From Anthoceros angustus (taxonomy: Eukaryota; Plantae; Anthocerotophyta), in contig VJWM01000265.1 of NCBI GenBank assembly GCA_010909165.1, forward strand, positions 1 to 64,000: a stretch of DNA of 64,000 nucleotides, read 5' to 3'. Each line of letters starts with the position of its first letter. Positions within the stretch are counted from its first letter, which is position 1. Positions 35,801-49,188 of the stretch are shown in pieces. The notes under the pieces were generated by a model, which saw nothing but the letters and a program-made list of their open reading frames with translations, did not search any database and had not been told where the DNA came from. Made by a program: the position numbers and the translations under genes.

Positions 35801-38544
35801 AGTGTACAGGAGGTGCCATACCATGGTCGTCCGCCATACCCAAGAAGGCGGAAGATTGTAGTAGGAAAAGTCTGTAGCTAAGCAAAGAACTGCACTGTGC
35901 TCAATAGTCTTTTACATAACATCAAACAGGAGGTATGCAGGCTCAAAGAAGCAGCAGCAAGGAAAGAGATCAAGCATCTACTTAATCGGACAGACGCATT
36001 CAGAATAGAACAGCAAAAGCAGCTTGAGCATGTGAAAGTGTGAGTACTGGTGCGGATTAGAGTAGTGAGGGACAAATGTTGAAACTTGCCAAGCCACCTG
36101 TGACAAAGCGATAAAGGGACCTGCGGTAACGAAATAATGGGTCCTTTTAGGATTTTGATTTGGTGAGATCACGCGAAAGGACTTCTTGTGCTGTGTTCAG
36201 ATCTTGTCAGGAGCAAGCACGGGAGCAAGTGTCCCGGGAGCTGGCAGCTGCTGAGTTAAAGTCAAAAGCTGCTGCAGATAAGGCACTTAATTCCCTGAGA
36301 GAACATCTGCAAGCGAAGCTTTACAATGTGGAGAACGAGCTCCGGCAGGCTTTGCAAGGTTAGATTTGCCTTATGACCTGGTGGCAAGTTGGCGGATAGC
36401 ACGATTGTTTTAAGCAGGCCCTCGTCCCTTTCCACCTGCAAGATGCAGAAGAAAGGAGGACACTTATCTAATGAGTTCCAGTAATGGGGGATTGTTGGCC
36501 AGATAAGACTTCCATTAGTCAGAAAATGAGCAGTATTCAGGAGAGCGCGTCCAAGGAGGCTCTAAAGTTGAAGGAGGCTCTAAAGACTATCCTGATAAAG
36601 GTTGATTGCATGAGTCAATCGCATCGTATTACTATTCGATCAACGTATTTGTCTCCACTGTACCACTAGTTGCTTGTCAACAATGGGTGTAAACCTAACT
36701 AAACTATGCTGGCAGGAACGTCGAGCTGAGGCTTTGGTGGGAGAGCTTACAGGGGTTGTCCAGTCACAGGTGTGCTCGCCGTGAAAGACGGCTTATGGTG
36801 AACAGCTTATTTGAGCACAGCTTATTTGAGCACAGGGTAACTAGGAGCTCAGGGCCGTAACAATGTTTGATCCGATTTGGTCGTGAAACAGAAGTTGAAG
36901 CTGCAATCAGTTCATCAAGAGCTCAAAGAGTTGCCTGTTGCTCAAGAGGTGGTGAATCGTTTTCTCTAACCTAGTGGATACAAGTTTGTAGATCAGTACA
37001 GACCTAATGAGCAACATGTATACAGGAGCTGCGAGCATTGCGCAACGAAGTGAGTACACTACGGTTGAAAGCCAGCAAGTCTGAGGAATTAGCAAAGGAG
37101 CTGGAAGGTCTCAAGTGTAAAGTGGCAGAAGCAAGTCTGTTAGCTCAAACAGAAACAGATAATGTGGTAAAGGAGCAAAGGCTGCAACTTGCATCCTTGA
37201 AAGAAGAGAAAAACAGATTAGCAAGTGAGGCAGCTTCATGCCTTGAGAAGTTTCAGGTGGCAGAAGATGCTATTCGGGTAAGTGTAATGTTGTTAGTCGT
37301 ATGTCTACTTCAGGAAGTCAACGGCCTTGTGACATTTCTTCTACTGGAGATTCTTATGGCATGGTCTACAGATAAAAAGCAAGATGCTTGACAGTCAAAA
37401 TGAGACAATCAAAGAATTGAAGTTAGAGCTAAAGGAAGCACGCAGAGAAACAAAGACTATTGCGGACACAGTTGATGCAAAATGGCATGAGCGGATGCGG
37501 GATGACCTTGAGCAGGTATTACGGTACTTTTTTAGATTTCTTGGGAAACTCATTCAGTATTACAGCTGTCCAGCAGCTTGAACCCAGCATTTGCAATGCA
37601 GGGGATTGTCCTTCGGAAGGATCTTGCTGTCCATGAAAGGACCATTTATGAGCTGGAGAGGCAGCTGAAGCTTGAGAAATCTACAGTGAAAACTTTGGAA
37701 CAAGCAAACTCCTCTGTGCAGAGGAAACTAGCTGAGAAAGATAGTATGCTGAGGTAAGAATCCTGCCTGTAAAACCACCATCGGTTTCACTGCTTCATTT
37801 CATCGGTGGTCTCCTATCATCGTTTCCAAGGTGTTGGTACTAGTTCGTACAGTTGATACTAGTACGTACATAACCACCATAGTCATCCAGGTACGTAGAG
37901 GAGGAAATTGCCCGAGTCAAGACCATGTACGAAAGCAGAGAGAAAGCTCTTGCCGCAGAACGAGACTCTGTGTTGGAACAGTTAAAGCAGGCAGCGAAGG
38001 TTCTGAGACCATCCCATCCTGGATGAGACGAACTCGGAGGCGTGGAAGCTAATGATGTGCTGTGCACTGCTAAATGCAGGAAAAGGATGATGCTGTTGCC
38101 AAGGTGGTGGCTGAAACACAGCTCCAACAGAAAGAGTTGTCTGAATTGAAACAGGCCCTCGAGGTACTGAGATCTGTCGTTAAGAATGTCTTTGATGAAA
38201 GAGCAGCGAAAAGGCATATCATGAGCCCATGTGCTACTGTGCATGCAGGCCCGAGAGCAGCAAATAGCGTCAGTGGTAGCAGCCAAAGACAAAGAGATTA
38301 GTGAGTTTTCACAAAAGCTGATGCAGATGGAGAAGGAACTGCATCAGCATCTCCAGGCTAAGCAGAAGTCTAAATTGCTTTCTAGCCATAAGGTAGTCAC
38401 GACTGTGCTCCCACTGCCATACCATGGGTAGTTTGAATCTGAAACTATTCAAGCTTGAAGATGATCCGAAGTTTGTACTCGTCCCTGGTGTTGCAGGTTA
38501 ATCAGCTTTGCAAAGTCCTAGAGGAATTGCGAGAAGTAACGTAG
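32883..38544 (+). CDS. LRRCC1: Leucine-rich repeat and coiled-coil centriole/basal-body protein, LRRCC1/VFL1-like, multi-exon; start codon not resolved
   Basis: SDS22-type LRRs (LSLHGNQLERIEGL, LNLSSNNISKMEGL, LSHNRI..LGGLSTLHG), spliced 33236/33361 to YSIQHLDLRDN...NPVC...LPHLQNLDG (LRRcap). A Gln/Pro-rich linker and many short coiled-coil exons follow, ending VNQLCKVLEELREVT* at 38544. Confidence 0.75.
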
Positions 38545-39030
38545 GGTAAGGTAATTTATAGACTCCGAGTAATATACAACATTGAGATAAATAGTGGGGG
38601 TGTCTGGCCTTTTTGCTTTGCTGCAGCGTTGTTTAGCAGACAGTGTTACTAATCTACAGAAGTCTCTGTCCTTGCGGACGACTTAAGAATGTCTGAACTA
38701 ATGGCCGAGCATGGGTATGAAAATAATCGGCCTGCCTGCAGGTACTAGTGTCTGAATGTGCTGGGACTTCGCAAATCTCACGCCCTCTCCTGCCACGGAT
38801 TGGCAAAGCAGCAGAGGCAGGAAATGCAGGGAGAGGCCCCTTCTCACCTCATCCAACTAATCAGAAGAAACAAAACTGAGAACGGAGTTGTTGTGTTGGC
38901 GGCTGTTGGTGTCTTCAGAGGCTGTGGTGTTGGCTCCTGTCTGTGCCTTGGGCTTGCTGTCGGAGATGACACTGAAAATGTACACTTGAAACCTGTGACG
39001 GAAGCTGACTTGTTTCCAGTCCGACACAAG

Positions 39031-40492
39031 TCAGTTTGCTGGGCCTTCCATTTGGAAGTCCCAGAGGGGGAAATCCGCCGTGCCTTCTCCATCCAAGCCC
39101 ATGTCCGGAGGTGGCGAAGCTTCAATATTGTTGCCTGCGCGCCAGTCGTTGAAGGTCAGGGAATTCGAGAGCGCCTGGCCAAAAGGGGAAGGAGTCCCAG
39201 AATACGGGTTCTGGTTGCCTCTGCCCGCATCCTCATTCACCTCGACCCCGTACCCGTAGCCGGCAGGCGGCAGTTCCGCAGGATGATTCCAGTAATCCAT
39301 CCCCTCGCCCACAATAAAGCGGGCATCTGGTCCGGGCACAAGACCGGGCCACTGCTGGACCATCTCCTGTCGGTAGACGACAGCATCAGAAGCCGCCTCG
39401 TGGCGGAGGACGAAGGCGCCGGATCGGGCCAGGCTGGGCCTGTTCCCCACCTCCGTCTCGATTCTGGGCGCCTTGTTCCTCTGGAGGAATTCCTGGTCGA
39501 GGAAATTGTCGCCCCCACCCGGGCTGGACGCAGATGCAGGCGATGGGAGCCCGCTGCCGTAGACGGTGTCGTCGTAGTGCCCTGGTGGGCTCTTGTTCTT
39601 GTTATTCGCCCGGCCTTTCTCAGATGACGGGTTGTTCCCGCAACCGGACAATCCCGAGGTCGACGAGCTCAGAGGAGAGGCTGGCCCCGGGGACAGACCT
39701 CCCTGCACCGATTCCGTCGGTGACGCAGGCGGTGGCAGGGGCTTGTAGGAGACGCTGCACACCACCCAGGTTGCGTCTGCGGGATTCTGCACAACCAGGT
39801 CAGGAATCAGAAACGGATTGAATGAGAGGGAGAAGCTCCAGCAGCGGTGATTTGTGTGCGAGAGGCAGAAGCTTACAACGCCATGTCCCGCGGGTCGGAA
39901 CTCGTGCATGATCCAGTCCGTTTTGCCTTCGTTCTGGGAGCTCTTGTTGTTTTTGGAGGTGTAAAACACCAAGGTCTTGCGCTCCCCGATCACCATGTTG
40001 TGCTTGTCCTTCACGGAAGTCGGCCTGCCCGTGGCCTTCCAGTATCCCTCCGAGGTGGATCGGTCCCCGCGGTTGGACGTCGGGTACTTCCTGGTGGAGC
40101 GGTGGAAGAGGTAGTACTCGGTCTTGTCGCCCGGGAATTCCGTCTGGCAGAGTCCTGCCATGGACAGACAAGGAAAGCAAGCCGTCAGCTTTGTTTCCGA
40201 TATAGGACAGGAAAGAGTAGAGCAGGGTCTGCAGACGAAGCAAGCATCCGTGCTCACCAGGGATGTCCCGAGGCTCAACTTTGTTGAGATCGACCACGGG
40301 GATGCAGCGTTTGTCGACGCTGTCACGCCCGGTGGCCAAGGAGGCGACGAAGTCTGCCAGATACTCCATCAACTCGGGCTCGGTGGGAGCGAACCTGAGG
40401 CCTTTGATTTTGCACAGATTCAGGAGTTGAAGCAGCTGTGCCAACGGCGTGTAGGCATCCATGATGGGGGCCATGTTGCCCGGAGATGCCAT
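39031..40492 (-). CDS. NAC-domain transcription factor (divergent), 3 exons
   Basis: Exons: 40492 (or 40462)-40258, 40154-39877, 39786-39031, the canonical NAC intron layout. Motifs are LRFAPTEPEL, VDLNKVEP, GYWKATG, RKTLVFY, DWIMHEFR and WVVC, followed by an S/G/P-rich C-terminus. Confidence 0.92.
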
Positions 40493-42479
40493 CTGCCCTG
40501 AGGCTGCTCATGACATCACACACAACACATTGGACGGTGAGACAACGGTGAGAACAGCAGGAGCTCCTGCATGGAACTTGGAAGGAAAGGAAGCCTTAGC
40601 TCCAAATCGACAGGGACAGACACACAAGGCACGCATCACGTTTCCTCGAGCAGGAGCTGGCCAGTTCGCAGTGTGGTGCAAGGAAAGCAGATGGACTGGC
40701 AGCACCATTGCATAGGACTACGTGACAGTCCGGACCTAATCTCATCAATGACAAGCTTCTACCTGACCTTGCTCAAAGGACAGCAGCAAGGGCACAGAGG
40801 GTTGCAGGCCGGGAATACCCTCCAGAAAGGGGATCCCGGCCGCCGTGCTTACCTTGTCTTGCAATGACGGAGAAGAACGTACGAACGACACAGATTTGTG
40901 GAGGTGCAAACTTCGGATAGGGATGTGGGGGCGGGGAAGTAGTATGGAGCAGGGGAGGTGATGTAGACTCTGAGGAGAGCTTTGGGCTGTGCTCTTCCAT
41001 CGGCTGACAGTGGAGAGACAGCGTCTCATAACACACACTGGACACACAGCCACCTCCCATCGACAAATGTCAGCCAAGATCATCCTTGAAAGCAAAGCCT
41101 TGTCCCAGGTTCCGGACCAGGAAATTCCAACTACTGTCCACAGAGACGCAGAAACGGAAGGGGAATCCACTCCAAATTGGGAACCCACTTGACAGGATAG
41201 AAAGCAGAGCAGTGAACAGTGCGCAAGACAGAGCACCCAAAACAGAAAGCAAAGTCGGAGACAACAGAACCCGAAAAGCTTCCATACCGTTCTCCACGGA
41301 AATGAAGAGGGCCTCCCGCAGTCCCTGCACGTTCATCTCGCCCAGGCCTTGGGAGTGGGTTTTACACGCCCGGGTGCGAGCTGCGAAAGAGGATTCGGAT
41401 CTGGATAGCCGAGGGAGAGGGAGAGGGTGCGAATTTACGAGCGGAACCACACCACGCAATCAAATCCAGCGGGGCGGACTCCAATTGAGCAGGCAAGGAC
41501 ACCGGCGGCTACCATTCCCCCACCCCTTTCCCAACCAAGCAGTCAGGCAGGCAGCAGATAGACACCGAGTCTCCCCTCCCTCACAACCCACCACCCCTCC
41601 CTCACAACGCAGCAGTCTCCACAAGGCAACCCAGCACCGTAATGCGCGCGGGCGGCGTCTCCTCCTGTCCTCCGCGACTGCAGCGAATTCCTCGTGGGAC
41701 TAATTCCTCCTGATCTAGCACACAATCTCCGACGGAACACAGCAGGCAGGGAAGGAAAGCGAGGGAGAAGCGCATTCGGGGGGCAGGCTCCAGCTACAGA
41801 GAGAAGATGCGAGGAGGAGAAGACGCTGAGACCACACAGGAGAAGAAGAGAAGAAAGGGAAGCACAAAACCTTGGGTCTTAAAGAGGAGAAGCCCAGCGC
41901 CCAGCAAGCAAGACGCGAGCCCAAGAGGCTGGAGATGATGTCTGTTTACAGAGGCGCCGTAGCCCGAAGCACGCACGAAGCTGCCGTCGTGTGTCGTGAA
42001 ACGGAAAAGAATAGGACCGGGCCAATGGACTGATAGAAAGATAAAATGCTCGCTGCCCGCTGCTCGCTGCTGGCTGCTGGCTGCTGGGGCGGAGTTTATG
42101 CACCCCCGGCCACCGGCTCGCCCGGTGAATTGCAATCATAGCCGGTCGTAGCTTGGGCACAAAGCTCGCATTCCTTCCCGCCTCCATCGGGAATTCCTGT
42201 TCCCGAGACCCGTGCGAGGTCCCTTCGCAGCCAAGGCGAAGGCGGGCCCGCCTTCCCGCCAGCCACTTTAGTGTCCGCCATGAAGGCTGCTTGCGCCGTG
42301 GCAACCGGGCGCAATCCCAGCTAAATGTAGCCAGCCTCCCCCGCCGCCAACGGCGCCGCTTCGTTTAGCGGCGCCTACCACCAGTTCCCAAGCCGCCAGT
42401 TGCCGCAGCGAACCGCGCGGTTGCCGCATGAACCACCTCCATGTCGCATGCTGTCCTCAGGGTTCTGACACTCAGCGAC

Positions 42480-42485
42480 GGGGAC

Positions 42486-42516
<31 letters not shown>

Positions 42517-42540
42517 GGTCTCGGTCGGTCTCGGTCAACC
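42480..42540 (+). repeat. (GGTCTC)n microsatellite
   Basis: Seen directly in the sequence. Confidence 0.9.
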
Positions 42541-43254
42541 GGCTGGCTCCCGTTTACGCGTCGAAGCACACGGTTGTGCCGTACCGCCGGGAGTTTTTGC
42601 CTCTGCCTCCCTCTCCCTCTCCCTCTGCGATCTATTTGTTGTACTTTCATGGCGGCATGCAGGCATGCAGGCATGCATCATGTACATACATACATCCGAC
42701 GCACAGGCCTTAATGAGCGACTGGCCACGCAAATGCGTGGCCGGGACATGCACCTGGGGACCGGGAATCGCCGAATCGCCGAACCGCCGTAATCGCCGAA
42801 TCCGGGAATCGCCCGGTCTTCCGGTCGTTGCTGGGCCCCAGCGGGCGTGCGGAATACCAAACGTGCTGTATTTTTTTTCTCCCGCAATTTTGCCAAATCG
42901 CCGCAGCCCGCAGGCCGTCACCCCGGGCAGTGGCTGTGGTCTGCGGTCGGGACGTCGGGAAACCCGGCTGTCAGCTGCAACACTATGTACAACACAGATT
43001 CTTACAATCTTATTTTCCCGTAAACCGTAAATTGGTTCATGCCGTATCTACCTCTTGCTAGTACGATGTACATACCTTGATCACCTACCCTGCCGTATTA
43101 GACTTACACAGGTAGGTCTTTGCGTTTATGATTGTTCTTTTCGTAAATTCCATGTGGGTAGCAAGCATGATGTATTTTCACTACCTGTGAGAATAATCGA
43201 CATATTATTATAAAATGTCTCGTGTTTTGTGTTATGCATGTCATATCAAGATTC

Positions 43255-43312
43255 AGGTCCAGGTCCAGCCAGGTCCAGGTCCAGGTCCAGGTCCAGGTCC
43301 AGGTCCAGGTTG
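43255..43312 (+). repeat. (CCAGGT)n microsatellite
   Basis: Seen directly in the sequence. Confidence 0.95.
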
Positions 43313-44809
43313 CTCGCGCCTCTGGACTTGGGTGATTGAATCTATTAGCTACGAATCTGATTATTCTGTGTGTGAGTGTGTGGTGTACATACGTCTTCCT
43401 GTCCGCTTCCGCGACATTCACATCCACCTCATCTGCCGAACGCGGCCCTGCCCTGTCCTGTCCGGAATTCGTTAGGCTCGGGCTCGTTTGCACAAACATC
43501 GGAGAAAAGGTCAGTGGCGAAAGTATTGTTTGACGGCCGATATTTGCGCCCGACGACGACGCCGGACCACGTGTGGCCGTGCTTGGCCTTCTTCTGTCCG
43601 ATTCGAACACGAGAGCGACGTGCGATTCCTTACCCGCACCGCTCCCGATTTAGATGTGTGCACCATGCAGATTACCACACGGCGCTACCCACCACCCAGC
43701 CGTGGTAAGTTAAAAACCTATTACGTGTGGATACGTATTGCCACTAGCCTCCAAGTTGTTAAGTACCAAGTCCCATGACGGAAATCCGTCCTAAAATTCT
43801 TCTTCTTCTTCTCTATGTTTATGAACTTCTTTATATTTATTAGATATATATAATTTTCTATACATCTTCTTAATTTTAAAAAAGTCTTAATTCTCTCGTA
43901 CTCTCTCTATCATCACTTCTTGGTATGTCACGATTAAAGAAGTTAGTATATATTAAATTAAAAAAATTATATAAAGGGTTGGCTTGATCCAGTCTTGTTC
44001 TGGAATCGATACCATATTGGATGCTTATTACATGGCTCAAGTGGTTTCTTGAGAGCAAGGTCTCATTGTCAGTACCTTAATCCCTCATAATAAGATGACC
44101 GTAGACAACTTTGACTCTTGGATTTCTTTGCATCTTCGGACCATTTTCACCACATAATCATCCAACTTTTCATTCTTGGATGGGAGTTTTTATATTATTT
44201 ACTTATAAAAATAAATATTTTATTCATAGCTCATCAAAGAACATCAACATGAAGACACCATACGAAGAGGAATCTTACCAATAATTTATTCTCTTCTTTT
44301 TTTGCCTATATAGGTATAAATTTTCGTGCCTCCCCAGCATATGGGGCCGCGTTACCGCTTACCCACTAGGCAATATGCAACACCCGGGAAGACTGGCTCC
44401 AGAAACTTGAGGAAAAGGGATTTTTCTGGACACACATGATGAGGAGGTGCAGGGAAGGAGAAGAGCGTTCCGTTTGCGTTCGCGGCCAAACCGTATAAGG
44501 CATCCGAGTCTGGTAGTCAGCTCCGGGTCAGAGTTAACAAGACCGCGGTTGAGTTAAGATTGGGGGCCTGGACCTGACCACCTGACCCGATAGATTTACA
44601 AACAAGCGGCGCTGGTGGAAGTGGGGCCCACCACGCGGGGCGTGAACCTGCTGGCATCCTGGAAGCAGCTCGCACGTGCACATACCTGAATAAATTAGCA
44701 AATATTACCTGGCATCAATTCAGTCCCACACTTTTTGGGGCCGGGACAAAGCTGGCCGCGTGTCGTGCCACCACCACTCCGCCGGATGGAAGGGAAAAGG
44801 AAATCGGGT

Positions 44810-44925
44810 ACCGGTAAAGAAAGCGGAAGGCGGCGAACACCGCCGGAAAGAAAAGCGGAAGGCGGCAACGTTGCCGGTAAAGAAAGCGGAAGGCGGCGAA
44901 ACACCGCCGGAAAGGAAAGCGGAAT
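44810..44925 (+). repeat. GC-rich ~30 bp tandem repeat, about 4 copies (CCGGTAAAGAAAGCGGAAGGCGGCGAA...)
   Basis: Seen directly in the sequence. Confidence 0.85.
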
Positions 44926-45699
44926 CTAGGGCGAACGAAACGTGGGCCGTGGGCGAGGCGGATGACGATTCTTTCCTTGCGTGTCAGGGGCCCGGAAGGT
45001 GCGAGAAAGCTGGGGCCGCGCGCTGGGTGTGGCGGGGCGGCCCCACCGCGAAGCTTCCGCGCAAGCTGCAACGCCTCCCCGCCGGTTACGAGTTACGAGG
45101 GTGATGGATCCGGTTCCCCCCACCGGCTCCACCGGCTCCACCGGCTCCACCCCTGCTGCAAGCACGGCGGAGTGGGCGACGGCGCAGAAATCCGTCCATC
45201 CGCGTGGGACGCGTCCCACGTCCATGCCCAACGATTCCAACCGCGTCCCGGCTCCATAATTCGCGGAGGCAAAGCATGACGTGGCACCTTCAAGGTCCCC
45301 GTGAAGGACCACGTAGGATGTTGGACTCTTGGATTCGAGTTCCGTGATGGGCATACATACATACATACAAAAGCTGAAGGCAGCTTATGCCTTCCGGTTG
45401 CAGTAAGCGCGTTGGGCGGTGGGGCCCGCGTCGCGGCCCCCGCCCACAAGTTTAGATAGGAATATTCTTGCATCCTTGGCCCCACCAGCGCCCAGGGGGC
45501 TGCCCAACTGAAATTAACCAACTCTCCCTTCCTCCTCATCGCCCGCGTCCCTCCGTCATGAACGCCCAACAGGGCGCCTCGTCACCGCACCCCAAGGCAG
45601 TGCGAGCTCCAAAGCGCCAGACCAGTTTTATCTCATCTCCATCGTACTGGCATCCTGTGGTGGTGATGGCGTTGCAAATGGTGTAGGTAGTCTCGTGCC

Positions 45700-46622
45700 G
45701 GAGGTGCTTCGTGAAACATAGCATTAGCAATCGAGTTTGTTGGGGAGAATGTTTAAGACATGGATACGGCGGTAATACCACAGGAGGGGAGGATAATCCA
45801 TGCCATCTTCGTGCTGGGCGTTGCTGCGATGTTGACAGGGTGCGTGTGCGACACACAGCAGACATGGATTTGTCTCGACGATCCACAGGGCCCGCCAATG
45901 GAGAGGTGGATGCAGCATCGCGAGTATCCGTCCCGCATTTCGCCCCGCACGGGCGGTGCACCAATGAACAGTGTAGGTTAAAGTAGGCCCATGTTAGAGG
46001 CACGCGCTGAGCCCAACTTCCAACGGGCTTCCCTCGCTGTGGCGTTTTAGTACGCCAGCAGGTACAGACAGCCTGACCCGAGAGAGGGAGCTGCCTTGAC
46101 CTTTCCTGCTCCAGGAGTAGTAGGACCAGGCCACCTTTCCTCTGTCGCGGGATCCAGTTCACACCGCTGTCTTGCCCTAGCTGATAATCATTTCCCGCTG
46201 CAGGAGGAGGGTGCAGACTAGGGACGGCCCTATGCTGTGAAGGTGTGCACTGCCCGTGTGGAGAAGGCGTGGAGTGGAAGCTGAGAATGCGAAGAACGGG
46301 TAGCTGGTTGGCTGGCTGCGTGGCTTTATGTGTTGAATCTGAACGCTGGGGCCAGGATTCTAGCTTTCGTGGACGCTGGGTTCGGTGTTTTGAAGTTGGG
46401 TTGTGTGTCCGAATGGCTAAGGCCAGATGGACACACATTTACAAGAACGCCATGATTAAGCATCTTGAGCTTAGATCGGTACTTAGATGGGATACCTAAA
46501 GGGAGTGGTTCCCTTGGTGCAAGTAGTTTAGGCACACCATGGTACAAGTTGTTAAAGTACCAAGTTCCATTGCGGAAATCCGTCCTTAGTGGACTTAAAT
46601 AAAATTCTTCTTCTTCTTCTTC
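45700..46622 (+). mobile_element. Possible heavily decayed RLE-type non-LTR retrotransposon 3' portion ending in AATAAAATT(CTT)n
   Basis: Weak relics: C...EDNPCH...GRC...RVRH (knuckle-like) and VHCPCGEGVE (resembling VTCPFE of RLE domains). The terminal 60-75 bp are repeated at 43752-43813. The protein evidence is marginal. Confidence 0.35.
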
Positions 46623-49188
46623 TCAAAGCCTGCTGATTACAGGTCTAACCAACTGGTTGAGCTTGGAAAGTAGCACAGCACTCACGGCATCTTTCTTCAC
46701 CTTCCCTGTGGGTGTTGCAGGAAAGGCATCCTCCTGCATGAGGATGATCTTGGGCACCTTGTACCTGCAGGGAAGGCACGGGAAGGTCACCAATGAGAGG
46801 TAGAGTGGATTGCAGGTTCGGAAGGCATTGAAACGAGGAAGGAAGATGGTCGGACCTGGACAGGCCTAGCCTTTGGCAATGTGATCGAAGGGAAGAGGAG
46901 GAAACCACGTTGTCGAGGCGGCTTGGCGTGGCACTGGTTTGCTCTACTTTAAGAGAAGGGGTTGGAGCTACGTTGCCACGGTGGATTGTCAGTGTGCTGG
47001 CCTCCCATTTCCATCCTTGCTGAAGGCGGACGAGAGCAGCCACGGCTTCGTTTAGCCGAGGGTCTGGAATGCCCACCACAGCCGCAGCCAGAATAGCAGG
47101 GTGCTTCACCAAGACTGCCTCCACCTGAGATGATCGAAAGAGCAGAGCATGAGCGGCTGCATGTTCACGAACTACATGAAACGAGTGAAACAGACCCGTT
47201 GCTTCCACACATAAGACGGGCGGCGAGAACGTGCAGGAAGTACTACCTCGGATGCATACACGTTCTCGCCGCCCGTCTTGATGACATCCTTCTGGCGGCC
47301 CAACAACCATAGTTGGCCCTGCTCGTCGAACCATCCAATGTCTCCTGTGTCCAGCCAGCCGTCCTCGCTCAACGCAGCTGCTGTCTGCTGAGCATCACCC
47401 CAGTAGAAGGACATCACATGGGGGCCCCTTGTCAACACGTTTCCTTCAACCAAGAGCCCTCCAGCCGAACCTCCTTTTGTTCGAATCACCATCTCCACAT
47501 GAGGTGCTGGTTTTCCCACACAGACACCTCCCAGATGGCGAGTGCCCGGTCTTTCAGATGTGTCCGCCCGAATGCCGACGTCGTGGATCAGTTTGAAGGT
47601 CATGGAAGAGCAAGCTTCCGTCATCCCTGGACCAGAAGACTGTGTGTCAGATACTTCTACCTTGCCAGATCCTTGCCAAGGAAACAGGAGGTCACATGCC
47701 TCACCATAAGCAGACATGACCCGGGCATTAGGAAAAGCATGAGTGACGAAGTTCAACATGGACGCTGGGAAACCTCCAGCACCGTTGAGAATGGTCTTCA
47801 CACTTGGAAATATAGTTTCGTCCCCCTTCCTGCAAAAGACGACGCTCTGCATGACTAATCACGCATCCCACAGAATGCTGCAACAGACGCAACTGTCCAG
47901 AGCCTAGGTCTGTGAGAGAGCCCAAAACCTTGCAGACAAGTAGCTAGAGGAAGCCATGTCAGTCACCATGACAGGGACTGTGATCATCGCTGTCGCTTTG
48001 AACTTGTGCGTCGCCTCCAACAGGTCGTCTATTTGGTACTTGGGCAAGAATATCTGGCACCCTCCAGCCATAATCATTGCAAGGCCGGAGGAAATTCCTC
48101 CAATGTGGCACATAGGCGCACTATGAACAAACACCTGCAGGCATCAGAAACTCCATGAGACCTTGCACAACACGAGGGGCCCAACACCATAACCACCACA
48201 CAAACTTCAACTTCCACTTACATCCTCCGCACTGTATCCCACAACTGCGAGCTTAGCTAACGACTGGATCACAATCGCATCATGGCTGATGGAGGCCCCC
48301 TTCGGCCTCCCGGTCGTCCCTGTGAGCAACAAAACGCTTCAGAACACCCTGCTCATCCTGTCCACCAGGAAGTCCTCCGTCCTGCTCTGTAAAACGTGGA
48401 GCTCACCTGAAGTGAAGCAGATGAGAGCAATGCCATCAGGAGAATGCCGAAGCACCAGCTCGGGCTTGGGACCAGCCGACTGGATCAGCACCTCGGGATC
48501 GACCACTGCAACCATCCCACGACAACAGAGTCACATCCGCAGCCATATCACTACCCACAAAATACTGAAGCCAAGCAAACAACCCGAACAAGCCCACATC
48601 ACTTACAATCCTTGTCCTCCCTCGGACATGTCGAAATGAGGATAAAAAAATCGATCACCTCATGTCGCTGCTTAAACACATCGCACCATTCCACACAACT
48701 CTCGTCACACACAAAAAAACGAGGCCCAACTAGCCCCACAGCCTCACTGGCTTCTTCCGCACTCTGCATCACAAAGCCACCTCCCAAAATGAGACCAAAT
48801 CCCGCACACTCCCTTGGCTCACAAACTCTCGCGAACCCAGCACATCAAACACCTACCCAGCGGTAATTCAACGGAGCAACGATGCCACCTGCGCAGGGAA
48901 CCGCCAGCAGCCACTCCAGGTACTTCTCACTGCCGACCACCCAACAAAATCAGCCACAAACCCACCTCCCCTTCCCAACCATCCGACCTCCACGCACCTG
49001 TTGAGCGCGGCCAGGCACACTCTATCCCCCGGGCGGAGCCCCAGCTGGACGAGGCCCAGGGCCAGCGCCGCCACCCGGTCCACCAGCTCCGCGCCCGTCC
49101 TCACCCGGCCCTGGCACACAGCAGCGGGCCTGTCCGCCGTCACCGCCTTCAGATTCCGCAGGGACTGCCCCACATGCGAGCCCACCAT
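46623..49188 (-). CDS. AAE14: o-succinylbenzoate-CoA ligase (MenE / acyl-activating enzyme 14), multi-exon, C-terminal PTS1 SRL
   Basis: The N-terminus SHVGQSL...RTGAELVDRVAALALGL matches the recalled AAE14. Other motifs are FTSGTTGRPKG, APMCHIGGISS, YGMTEACSS, VGKPAPHVE, DTGDIG, GRQKDVIKTGGENVY and YKVPK...TGKVKK, ending ...VISRL*. Confidence 0.95.

Noticed and set aside
40500-43800. Many overlapping 60-200 aa ORFs upstream of the NAC gene
   Set aside because: GC-rich promoter or 5' UTR and microsatellite-driven open frames on both strands, with no domain signal.
44330-44700. Possible transposon or viral coding relic
   Set aside because: Translations in all three plus frames have stops and no motif strong enough to name.
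45536-46438. 300-aa minus-strand ORF
   Set aside because: No recognisable domain. It lies in probable decayed repeat DNA, where the weak signal is on the opposite strand.
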